DNA from: Scenedesmus sp. PABB004
Taxonomy: Eukaryota
Length of the DNA stretch: 64,000 nucleotides
NCBI GenBank assembly: GCA_014905635.1
Contig: JABVCE010000002.1
Coordinates: 1 to 64,000 of the forward strand
Direction: 5' to 3'
Each line of letters opens with the position of its first letter. Position 1 is the stretch's first letter. The notes under the pieces are model-generated. The model was not told the DNA's origin. It ran no database searches and saw only the letters and a list, made by a program, of their open reading frames with translations. The position numbers and the translations under genes were made by a program. This document shows positions 22,801-33,822 of this stretch, one piece after another.

Positions 22801-25013
22801 TGCGGTCGCTGGAGGGCCAGCTGGGGTCGCTGGTGGAGGAGGAGCAGCGCCTGGTGGAGCAGCGCCTCGAGGGTGACGCGCCTGCGGCCAGGCGCCGCGC
22901 GCGGGCGCGCTCCCTGGCGCTGCGCGCGCCTTGCGTCGGCTCACGCGCCGCCGCCGCCGCCGCCGCCGCCTCGCCGCCGCTGCCGCCGCCCCGCGCAGCC
23001 GGGCGGCTGCGGCGCGAGATCGAGGCCACGCGCGAGGGCATCGCCGCGCGCGCCGCCGAGCTGGACGCGGCCGCGGCGGAGCTGGCCGAGCGCCGCGACG
23101 CTGCGCAGCGCGCCGAGGCGTCACACGCGGCTGAGCTGGCGGAGGTGGAGCAGGGGATGCTCGCTGCTGCGCACGCGCTGGCGGGCGCCGAGGCGGCACG
23201 GCAGGACGCGAAGCGGCGCATGCACGGCGCGCAGCAGAGCCTCGAGCACGGTGGGTCGGCCAGCGCCTGCGCCGGGGCGGAGGCCCGGCGGCCGTGACCA
23301 CGTGATCACGCACGCGCCGGTGCCGCCGCGCGCCTGCGCCCGCAGCGTCCGGCGCGCTGGCGGCGCTGCAGTCTGAGCGCGCCGTGCGGCGGGCGCGCCT
23401 GGAGGACATCGAGCTCCACGAGGTGCCCGCGCTCACCGCGGCGGCCGAGGCCGCGGCGGCGGCGGCGCGGCTGCTGCACGAGCGCCGGCTCGACCCGCTG
23501 GCGGCGCAGCTGGCGGCGGCGCAGCGCGAGGCGGCGCAGGAGGCGCGCGCGGAGAAGGAGGTGGCGCACGCGTGAGTGGGAGAGGGGTGAAGAGCGCGCG
23601 TGCGCCCCCGCTGGGCCAGCTGGGGGTGCCTCGCGTGCCGCTGAGCCGCCGCGGCGCCCCCGCAGGTCCGACGCCGCGGCCGCGCGGCTGTCGTCCCTCG
23701 ATACGCACGCGGCGACGCTGTCGTGCCGGGCGGCAGCCGCCACCGCGCGCGCGGTCGGCGCGGCGGGCCTGCACGAGAGCGAGGCGGCGCGCGCGGCGGC
23801 GGCGTCCGCTGAGGCGCACGGCCTGAAGGTGCGCTGTGCGCCCCCGCGCGGCCCTGCCGCGGTCCACCCGTTCCCCCCTCCCCCAGCTCTCAGCCGCTGA
23901 CTGGCTGCGGCTTCCCGCCTGCCCTGCTCAGGCGGCCGCGGCGGTGCTCGACCGGCGCGCCTGGGTGGCGGCGTCGATGCCGGCGGGAACGCAGCACGTG
24001 CACGAGGTGGGCGCGGCGCACGGCAGCCCGCTGGGCGCGCGCGCTGCGCGCCTGCTGCTGCGGCTGCCCTCACGCACGCCACGCGTCGCGCTCGCCCGCC
24101 AGGCGCGTGCAGCGGGCGCCAGCGCGAGCACGCCGGCGCTGCCGGTCGTCGCCCCGCCGCGCGTGGCCAGCGCCAGCGCCCCGCCGCGCCTGACCCCGGT
24201 GCCCGAGCTCGCCACGGCCGCTGAGGCCGAGTCGCGCGGCGCCGAGCTGCGCCGCGCGGCGCTGCTGGAGCGCGAGCCGCGCGAGGCGCGGCGCCCCGAG
24301 CGCGCGCCCGGCGCCGCGCGCCCGGCGCGCGAGGAGGAGGCCGCGGCGCTGGCGGAGGAGCAGGGCATCTCTGAGGCCGCCGCGCGCCGCGTGGTGGGGC
24401 TGCAGCCCGGCGGCGCGCCCGCGGCGGCGGGCGGCGGCGGCGTGCCGCAGGAGGAGGGCCGGCCGTCCGGGGCCCTCGCGCTCGACGCTGCCTCGACCTC
24501 CGTGCAGGCCGGCAGCGAGCGCGGCGGCGACGCCCCACCCGCGCCGCCCGGCGCGGCGGCCGCGCGCCGCGCCGCGCGCCGCGCCGCTCGCGAGGCGCGC
24601 GCCGCGCGCGCCGCGCTCGAGCGATGGGAGCGCTCGCGCGAGCTGCGGGCCCGCTGGGGCCCCTCGCGTCCTGGCAGGTCACGCCGCTCGGCGGCGCGCC
24701 GGACGAGGCAGAGGAGATCGCCCCGCCCCGCGGCGGCGCCGGCGGCGGCTTCGCGGAGGAGGAGGAGCCCGCCGCCGCCGCGGCCGGCAGTGCCGAGCGC
24801 GCGCCCGCGCCCGCGCCGCGCGGGCCGCTCGCGGGCGATGGCCGCCCCCGGGAGCTGCGCGACGCGGCGCCAGCGGGGCAGGGGCTGGACCAGGGCCCGC
24901 GCGCGCGCCGCGGCAAGCGCGAGCAGGCCGCGGCCGCAGCCGCGCCGGCCGGCGCAGCGCCCGCTGCGGGCGCTGGCCTCGGCCCGCTCGCGCGCGGCGG
25001 CGCAGAGTTTTAG
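19869..25013 (+). CDS. Large helical protein: BAR-like N-terminus, low-complexity linker, long coiled coil
   Basis: Exons MPLQVLAEK|ADAHVLAAEL.., ARLAALDSLRLRVDAQRRKVERR, QQEQAALLARAAALESE.., GAAGLHESEAARAAAASAEAHGLK with consensus splice sites. The 3' end needs a +1 C near 24662. BAR call is tentative. Confidence 0.6.
22451..23109 (+). repeat. Near-identical inverted duplicate of 40768-41418
   Basis: Parts of three exons and two introns match the reverse complement with few substitutions and small indels. Confidence 0.95.
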
Positions 25014-25279
25014 GGTGGCGGCGGCTGCGGCGGCGGCGGTGGGCATGTGTGGCGACCAGCGCGTTGTGGATGCAAGAGTTGAAGCGCGGCGGTTCCGGCG
25101 CGGATCGTTCCGCGCTGGCGGTCCAGTGCGCGGCCGCGGCGGCGGCGCCCCACAGCGGTGGCCAGCGACCGACGCGCGCACGGACATCGGCAGCCGCAGC
25201 GTGCGCCGCCGTGCGGCGAGCGGCAGCAACAGCAGCGGCGCCTCAAGGCCCGTTTCCGCGCGGTCCCGCGCGCCCGCCG

Positions 25280-26477
25280 ATGTCGTCGCTCGGGTTCCGG
25301 GCGCCGCGCTGCGCGGTGCCGGGCGGCGCGCCGCAGCTGGCGGCGGCGCCGGGGCGGCCGCTGAGCGGGTGGCGCGGCGCCGCGCGGCCGCGGCGGGCCG
25401 CGTGCGCGGCCAAGAAGGACGCCAAGGCGTGCACGGTGTCGGTGGACCCCATGTACGAGCCATCGTGAGTCGCCGCCACGCCCCGGCCGCGCGGGGGCAG
25501 CGCCGAGCGCCGCTGCAGCGCAGCTGCCGCGCGCTGCTGCCGAGCCGCTGCCGCTGCCGCGCCGCCGCAGGACGCTGATGATGCAGTGCAACGGCCCCAC
25601 CTGCCGGATCCCGGTGACCCTGTTCGCACTGGGGGCCATCGGCGCGGCGTACTGGTTCAAGCGGCAGGCGGAGGAGCCGAAGAAGAAGCTGCCGGAGGCG
25701 TGGCCCGAGGCGCGGCCCGCGGCGGCAGCGGCAGCGCCCGCCCGCGCGCGCGGCGCAGCGGCGGCAGGGGCTAGAGGCAGGGGCCAGAGGGCCAGGGGCG
25801 GCCGCCGCTGCACGCGGCGCCACGCCGCGCCCCAGACGAGTCGGTCCGCGCGGCGGCGACGCCGCAGATCCCGCGGCCCGAGTCCGACCCCGTCGCCTAC
25901 CAGAAGGCGCTCGCGCGCACGCGGCAGGCGCAGGACGTCGCGCGCGCGGTCAGCCACATGGCGTCCGGCGAGCCCGCGCGGTGCGCGCACGCGCGTGGCA
26001 GCGGGCGCAGCCGCGCCGCGTGCCGCGCGCAGCGCGCAGGGCCGGCGCTGCCATGCTGCCGCCGGCGGCGCGCCCGAGCGCGCGCCGCCTGCTGCGCGCG
26101 CAGGGCGATGGTCGAGCTGCACCGCGCGCTGGAGGAGAACTCCATCTGCCGCTCGCCGCTGCTGGACGGCCACCAAACAAAGGCAGAGGTGCGCGGCGGC
26201 GGCGGGCTGGCGCGCGTGGGGGCTGGCGCGGCGGCTGGCGAGGCGGCCTCGCAGCCCGCAGCTCTCACCGCGCCCGCCGCGCGTGCTGCGCCGTGCCGCG
26301 CCCGCCGCGCGCGCCGAACAGCTGGTGGGGCTGTACCGGCTGCACATTGAGAACACGGAGGTGCCGCCCAACTTTGCGGTGCTGCTGCAGCTGCGCCAGC
26401 TGCTGGGCCTCGAGCGCGGCGAGGCGGAGGCGATCGAGGAGGACGTGCTGCGGCAGAGCCAGGCGTTCAGCATCTGA
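25280..26477 (+). CDS. Plastid-targeted hypothetical membrane protein (5 exons)
   Basis: Transit-like MSSLGFRAPRCAV.., hydrophobic VTLFALGAIGAAYWF, ordered C-terminus AMVELHRALEENSICR..LLQLRQLLGLERGEAEAIEEDVLRQSQAFSI. Needs GC-AG intron 25710-25867. Confidence 0.75.
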
Positions 26478-26734
26478 CCGCAGCCCCGCCGGCGGCGGCG
26501 GCCGTGTACAACAAGCATCACCAACGGAGCGCGCGGGGGGCGCGGGCGCGCGGGGGCGCCATCAGTTACGTGCGGTAAGCGCGTGCGCCGCCGCGCGCCC
26601 TCTCTCGCTCGCCGCCCTCAGCAGGCGCAGCTGGCGCCACATGAAACGCGCCACAACGGGCGGCCGCAACTCGCCTCCAAGCACGCCGGGCCGCGCGGGC
26701 CCGGCCGCGCGCGCGCGGGGCACACGCGCGCCGC

Positions 26735-27265
26735 TCAGCGCCGCGCGGCCTGCTCGGGCGACTTGGCGTCGATGAGCGCCTGGCGGCTGCTCGCGTCGAC
26801 GCCCTCAAACTGCCCCGCGTTGCCGCCGCGCTGCTCGTCGCCCTCGGCCGCCGCGAGCACGGGCGGCTTGGGCGACAGCGCCTCGCTGGGGTTGGGGAAC
26901 GCCTCCGTCACGACGGCCTCCTGCTCCGTTATGATCTCGATCGGGCGCTGCGTGTCGCCGACCGTGCGCGCCTGCTTGCGCTCGGCGGCAAACGGGTCCT
27001 CCTCGACCCGCTTGGGCAGCGCGGCCTTGATGCGGTCCAGCAGCGAGTCACCGCCGCCCTCGGCGAGCACGCACGCCTCGGTCGGGGCTGCGCGCGCGGG
27101 CGGCGGCGCGGCGAGCGGCGACGCGGCCAGCAGCAGCGCCGCGGCGGCGCCAGCGGCGCCCGCCGCGAGCTGCGCGCGCGCCACGACCGCGGCGCGGCGC
27201 GGCGGCGGCGCCGCAGCGCGGGCGGCGCGGGCGGGCGCGGCGCGGGCGAGCGAGCAGAGCGCCAT
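26735..27265 (-). CDS. Hypothetical thylakoid-lumen protein, single exon, 176 aa
   Basis: GCCATGG start; bipartite targeting peptide (RRAAVVARA, hydrophobic AAAALLLAA, A-R-A site); acidic mature part with coding-like codon use. Confidence 0.75.
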   Translation of the reverse strand: MALCSLARAAPARAARAAAPPPRRAAVVARAQLAAGAAGAAAALLLAASPLAAPPPARAAPTEACVLAEGGGDSLLDRIKAALPKRVEEDPFAAERKQARTVGDTQRPIEIITEQEAVVTEAFPNPSEALSPKPPVLAAAEGDEQRGGNAGQFEGVDASSRQALIDAKSPEQAARR

Positions 27266-27477
27266 GGTGGCAAGCGGGGCGGCGAGAGAGTGGCGAGAGG
27301 GAGGTGGGGCGGGCGAGCGGAGTGGCGGGGCAGGCGCGTGCTCGCTGCTTCGCGGCAGCTGCGAGCGTCGGCAGTGACGTCACCTCGGGACGCGCTACAG
27401 CGGCGCGCCGCGCCGCGTCCACGCCAACCCGCGTCGACGCCCGGCCGTGTTCCCGCCATGCCTCCACTCCGCACGGA

Positions 27478-29234
27478 ATGCTGCGCGTGGCCTCAAACGC
27501 CGTGATCGTGCCGCCGTTTGAGTGCGCGTGGCTCTCGCTGCACGACTATGGCCTGGACGGCGCGTGCTGCCTGCAGTTCGACTGCCGTGGTGTGCGCACG
27601 GGCCGGCACCAGCGCGGGGCGCGCTGCCGCTGCCGCCAGCAGCAGCGCCGCCGCTGCTGCTGTTGCCGCGCCGCCGCCCACGCTCTCTCTCGCCGCCCGC
27701 CGCCCGCAGGCGAGAACGACGTGACCATCATCCTCAAGCCCCTGCCCGGCGCCAAGCGCTGGCAGCACCTCGCGCGGCAGGCGGGGCCCGGCGGCGAGCT
27801 CGCCGTCGCGGTGGAGCCCAACTACACCGTCATCATCGGCAGCCACCGAAACAGCAAGCTCAAGATCGAGAAGAATGGCGAGGAGGTCGTCTCGGTGCGC
27901 GCCGCGCCGTCGCCAGCCGGCCGGCCGGCCGGCCGCGCGCCGCTGCTGACGCCCCGGCGTCAGCGGCGCTCGCTCGCCGCTCAGCGCCGCCACGTGCGCC
28001 GCGCGCCGCGCCGTCGCAGGCGGCGGGCCTGCCCGGCTGCACGGTGGACCCGCAACAGTTTTCGACGTGCTGGATTAGCTACGCGCCCGGCTGCATCGCG
28101 GTCGGCGCCGGCGCCGCGGGCAGCGCGCTCAGCCTGCTCTGGCGCGACCCCGCGCCGCCCATCCCCGACGTGCGGCACGTCGGCCTGAGCGCCTGGGACA
28201 AGCACGTGAGCTACCGCGCCGTCGCGCTGCTGCCGCCGCTGCCGGACGCGCAGCTCGCGGCGCTCGCGGCGGCGGCGGCGCCGCAGCAGCCGGCGGGGGC
28301 AGGGGCGCCAGAGGAGCCACGGCCGCGCGAGCAGCCGGCGGCGGCGGAGCAGCAGCGGGCTCCCCAGCCGGGAGCTGACGGCGGCGGCGGCGTGCCCAGC
28401 TTGCTGGCGCTGGTCATGGCATCCGCGGCGGGCAGCGCACTGAGCCCGCCGCGCCTGTTCCACGTGATGCACCTCTCGGAGCTGCTGCTCCCCCGCTCCC
28501 AGCCGCTGTACGAGGCGGCCGTGCAGGCGGCGGGGCGGTGCTTCGGCCTGCTGGTGGAGCGCCACCTGTCGGAGCTGGCGGGGCTGTCGCTGGACGTGCT
28601 GGCCGACGTGCTGCACGAGCCGCTGCTGGTGAGCGAGGCGGCGGCCCCGCGCGCGCGGCGCGGCGGAGCGGGGGCCCCGCTGACCCGACCGACGCGTGCC
28701 CACGCTCTGGCCGGCGCTGCGCGCGCAGGATGTGCCCGAGCTGCTGGTCTTCCGTGCGGTGGTCGCGTGGTGCCTGTGCGGCAGCGAGCAGGCGGCGGGC
28801 GACGACGACGCGGCCGCCGCGGAAGCGAGCCAGGGCAGCCCGCCCTGCCAGGAGGGCGCGCAGCCGGGCCTGCAGCAGCAGGGCTGGCAGCAGCCGGAGC
28901 AGCAGCAGCCGGAGCAGCAGCCGGAGCAGCAGCAGCCGGAGCAGGAGCAGGAGCGGCCGGGCGGCGGCGGCGGCGACGCGTGGGCGGGCGGCCTGGCGCG
29001 GCCGGCAGGGGAGGTGCTGGAGGCGCTGCAGCTCGTGCGCTTTGCCTTCATGTGCGACGCAGACAGGGCGGCCGTGGCGGCGCACCCCTTTGCGGCGCGC
29101 TGTCCGCTCGTCGCGCGCTGCGTGGAGGAGGAGCTCGCGCGCCTGCGCGACGCGCACCGCGCCGACGGCGGCGGCGACCCGGGCGGCGCGTACACGTTTG
29201 AGCAGCGCCGCCTCGTGCGCACCGCCGCGGCGCT

Positions 29235-29265
<31 letters not shown>

Positions 29266-30158
29266 TCGCCCGACGCGGCGCCGCCCGGGAGCGACGCGGG
29301 CGCGCTGCAGCGCGCCGGCAGCGCGCCCGCCGCGGCGCCGCCGCGCGCGGGGGGCGGCGCGCGGCGCGGCCCGCGCGCGTGCCGGCGCCGGCTCGCGCCG
29401 TCGTGCCGCGAGCTCATGTTTGTGTGCGCGGGCGACCGCAACGGCGTGGTGCACCACATCGCGACGAGCTACGGCACGCGGCAGTGGGTCAACCCCGTGG
29501 CGAGCCACGCGGTCGAGCTCAAGGCGAGCAGCCCGCCGAGCCGCTACACCGACGCCAAGGCGGTCGTGTCGGGGCAGTTCCTGCACACCTCCTTCGCGGG
29601 GCCGCGCCACGTGCGCGGCGGCGGCGGCGCGCCCGGCGGGGGCGGCGCCCCGAGCAGCTGGTGGCAGCTCGACCTCGGCGCGTGCCACCGCCTGCTGTGC
29701 AATTACTACTGCATCCGACACGACGGCAGCACCGACGGCTTCGTGCGCAGCTGGGCCCTGCAGGCACGGCGCGGCGCGCGGCGGGGGGAGCGCTGCCACG
29801 CGCGGCGGTGCGCGGCCGCCCGGCCGCCGCGCTCGTGTTCCAGCCGCCCGCCCGCCTGCGCGGCCGCGCCGCGCAGGGCTCCGTGGACCTGGTGCACTGG
29901 CTTGACCTGCGCCGCCACGTTGGCGACGCCACGATCCGGCTGCCCGGGCAGTACGGCGCGTGGCCGGTCGGCGGCCCCGCGGCGGCGATGCCGTTCCGCG
30001 CGTTCCGCCTCGCGCTGCTCGGCCCGACGTCGGGCGGGCCCAGCCCCTGGGCCTTCTGCCTCAGCCACCTCGAGCTGTACGGGTATTTCTACAACCTCGC
30101 CCGCGATGATGACGCGCCCGGCGCGGCCGCCCCGGCGGCGGCGGCGTCGCGGCCCTGA
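27478..30158 (+). CDS. At2g30600-like protein (farnesoate O-methyltransferase-like domain, BACK, F5/8C discoidin-like)
   Basis: VPPFECAW, YTVIIGSHRNSKLKIEKNG, VGLSAWDKHVSYR, ELLVFRAVVAW, GDRNGVVHHIATSYGTRQWVNP, WWQLDLG, SWALQ|GSVDLVHWLDLRRH, LELYGYF. Confidence 0.82.
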
Positions 30159-30547
30159 CGGCGGCGGCGCGGGGGGCCTCGCGTGACTGGGGCGGCGGCG
30201 GGCGCGCGCTGCGCAGCATGGGTCGTGACTCGATTGCTTGGTGCGCGCGCCGACGCCGCGGCAACCGTTTTGCCCGCCGCCGCCAACGGGCGGCGGGGTT
30301 GCCGCGGCGGGCGCGGCGGTGATTTTGGGTGCGCCTGAACACACTGCTGACCGCCGCCCGCACCACGTCGGCGCGTGACGCCCGCGGTTTGGCGCCGAGC
30401 CGCTCGCCTGGCGCGTCGAGCTCGCCCGACAGTCGGCAGTGCTCGCCACCGTCAGCCCGCGCAGGCACGCCAGCGCCCACACACCCAGCGCGAGAGCCCG
30501 CCGCCACCGCCGCGCGCCGCCGCTGCGCGCCGGACAGCGCAGCGGCC

Positions 30548-33412
30548 ATGGCAGCAGGTGCGCCTCGCTGCGTGCCGTGGCCATGGGCGCGGGGCGTGAA
30601 CGCGATCGCCGCGCCAGCGACAGCGCCAGCGCGCCCGAGAGCGCGGCGTGAGTGATCATGCGCGCCTCACGCCCGCCCTCGCCGCGCCGCGACCGCGCCT
30701 GCCGCAGCGCACCTGGAGAGCAAGGGAGTGGATGAGGCGGAGGCTGGGCGCCTGGCCGCAGCGTTCAGCGACAAGCTGGGGCTGGAGGAGGGCCCCGCAA
30801 TAGATGTGAGGAGCACGCGCGCCGCCGCCGCCGCTCGCCGCGGCCCTGCCGTCGCGTGCCGGGCGGGCGGCACCCGCCATGGGACCCCGACACGCAGCCG
30901 CCACGGGACGCCGGGTCAGCCGGAGTCCCGCCCGGCGCTGCGGCGGCGGCGCGCGCTGCGCCACGCGCGCCGCTGCTGCCGGCCCGCGCGCCGGCGCGCC
31001 CACCCGTGCCACCGCCCGCGCCGCGCCGCCCGCGCCAGGACTTTCTGGCCAAGTACGTCGCCCTGGGCGCGCCGCTGTCGCTGGCGGACTGGTGCAGCTG
31101 CTTTGCGCGGTGCAACGAGCTGCTGCTGCTGGCGCCGGAGACGCTCAAGACGCACCTCGACGCGCTGCGCGGCGTCATGGCCGTGTCCGACGACGCCCTC
31201 GCGGCGGCGCTGCTCAAGTCGCCTGGCCTGCTGCAGCATGACCCCGCCGACATCGCGGCCAAGGCGCGGCGGCGGCGGCGGCGCGGCGGCGCACGGCGGA
31301 GCAGGGCGCGGCGGCGCGGGCAGCGGCGCGGGCGCGGCGCCCCGCGCGCTCATGGCCGCCGCACGCGCTGCGCGCAGGTGGCGGCGCTGCAGGCGGTCAT
31401 GGCGCTGCCGCCGGCGGAGGCGAGCGCGCAGCTGATCATCGAGCGGTGCGGCGCCGCCCCCGCCGCCGCCCCTGCCCCTGCTGCCGTCCACACAACACCG
31501 CCGCCGCCCTCACCACCGCCGCCGCCGCCGTGTGCCCACGCTCGCCCCGCTTCTCGTCCGCCCCGCGCCCGCCCCGCGCCCGCCCAGCTTCTCCCGCTAT
31601 CCCTCCATCCTCGCGCGCAGCGTGGAGGCGCTGGAGGCGCAGCTCAGCGAGCTCGCCGCCCTGCTCGGCGCCGACCTGCAGCGCGCCGCGCGGCTCGCGT
31701 TCAAGGTCCCCGCGCTCGCAGCGGCGACGCCCACGGAGCTGCAGGGCCACGTTGACCTGCTCGCCAAGGTCTGGCCGCGGCCGCGCAGCGCGGGCGGCGG
31801 CAGCGGGCAGCGGCGCCGCGCGGCGCGGCGGCGCGGCGGCGGCGCGCCCGACCCCCCGCCGTGCGCCGCCGCCGCCGCAGCTGCTGTCGCTGGAGCCGGG
31901 CGCGGTGCGCGCGCTCGTGCTGCGCCAGCCGTCGCTGCTCGCGCGCACGAGCGAGGGCCTGCAGGGCAAGGTGGACGCGTACGCGGAGGTGTTTGGCCGG
32001 GAGCACCTCGGCCAGGTGCGGCTTGGCGGGTCCCGCTCGCGGGGCGCGCGGTCGCGGGCGGCGGCGCCGGCGCCCGGCTTGCCCACCCCGCGGCTCCGCG
32101 CGCGCGCAGGCGCTCGCGGGCGCGCCGCAGCTGCTGACGATGAAGGTTGAGGCGGTCAAGGCGCGGCACGAGCTGCTCACCGCGCTCGCGGCGGCGCAGC
32201 CCAGCTGGGCGGCGCAGCTCGCGGAGGCGGGCAAGGAGACGCTCGCGGTGTGGCTATGCAGCAGCGAGAAGAAGCTCCGCCGCCTCGAGGTCGCCGCGGG
32301 CAGCAGCAAGCTGTGCCGCCTGCAGCTGTACCGCCTGCTGAGCCACAGCGAGGGCCGCTGGCGCAACGAGCTCGCCGCGGCGGGCCTCGACGCCGACGGC
32401 GCGCCCCTGGGTGAGGGCGCGGCGGCGCCGCCGCAGCAGCGGCCGCGCGGCCGGCGCGCACGCGCCGCCGCTCTCACGCGCGCCCGCTGCTGCGCTGGCG
32501 CCGCGCGTCCACGCAGCAGACGGCGCGGCCGCCGGCCGAGGCGGCGACGCCGGCGACGCAGCGGACGAGGGCGCCGCGCCGGCCGGCCCGCACGGAAAGC
32601 GGCCGCGCGGCGGGCGGCGCGAGCGCGAGCGACGCGAGCGCGCGGCGGCGCGCGAGGCGGCCGCAGAGGGCGGCGACGCCGGCGGCGGCGAAGCCGCGGC
32701 CAGCAGCAGCGACGCCGCGCCGCCGGCCGGCCCGGCGGCGGTGGTTGGCGAGGCCGGCGCGGCCGGCGGCGAGGGCGGCGCCGGCAAGCCCAAGCGGCCG
32801 CGCGGCGGGCGGCGCGAGCGCGAGCGGCGCGAGCGCATCGCGCGCCGGCAGGCCGGCGGCGAGGCCGGCGGCGAGGGCGGCGAGGGCGCGCCGGACTTTG
32901 GCGCCCGCTTCGAGGCCGGCGGCGGCAAGGCGGCCGCCGGCGAGGCCGCGGCCGCCGGCGCCGCGGGCGAGGCCGGCGGCAGCGGCGCGGGCGGCGACGC
33001 GGGCGAGCGCCCCCGGCGGTCGAGGGGCGGCCGGCGCGAGCGCGAGAAGCGCGAGCGGCGCGAGGCGCGCGCGGCAGCCGAGGCGGCCGAGGCGGCCGGC
33101 GGCGGCGCCGCAGCGCCGGCAGCGGGCAGCCGGCCCGCCAGCGGCGGCGGCGGCGGCGGCGACCGCGACGACGACGCCTCCTCGAGCGCCAGCGGCAGCG
33201 CCAGCAGCAGCACCAGCGCCAGCGCCAGCGCCAGTGGCAGCGCCAGCGCCAGCGACGACGCCGCGAGCGGCGAGGGCAGCGGCGAGGGCGGCGCGCGGCC
33301 AAAGCGCGCGACGCGCGGCGGGCGGCGCGAGCGGGAGAAGCGCGAGCGGCTCGCTGCGCGCCTCGCGGCCGCGACCGCGACCGCGGCCGCCGCGGCCGCG
33401 CTCGACGCGTGA
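30548..33412 (+). CDS. mTERF-like helical-repeat protein with Arg/Glu-rich C-terminal repeats
   Basis: Recurring ~35-aa units (LLKSPGLLQHDP, RYPSILARSVE, FKVPALAAATP, LRQPSLLARTSE, GAPQLLTMKVE) over about 8 exons; exact first donor ambiguous. Confidence 0.65.
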
Positions 33413-33822
33413 GGGCGGCGGCGTTGTTGTTCGGCCGGGAGGCGCGCGCGGGTCGGGGCGTTGTGCGCAGCGGCGCATGTTTTGCGGGCCCGCGCGTTGT
33501 GTGACGAGCGGCGGTTCGAGTTTTCGAGTTACGCCCACCTTGCCAGCGGTCAGCGCTCGTCGCGCGACAAGGCACACCCGCCGCAACCACTTTTGCAGCG
33601 CGCGCCCCGAGGTTTTCCAGCGGCGGCGACCGGCGATCGCCGCTGCCCCCCGTGCAGCCGCCGCTTGCACAGCTCTCGCCTGGCAGCCGCGTTCGAGACG
33701 CGCCGCGCCACGCCGCGCAGCTTGCGCTGAGCAGCAGTCGCCGCCGCGCTGCGGCGCGCCCTGATCGTCCCCAGGCGCTGCTCTGGACATCCGGCGCGCC
33801 TGATCAGGCCTCCCGAGGCGCC

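Noticed and set aside
20084..23221. 1045-aa minus-strand ORF
   Set aside because: Antisense to a spliced plus-strand gene; Arg/Ala/Gly low complexity with no motifs.
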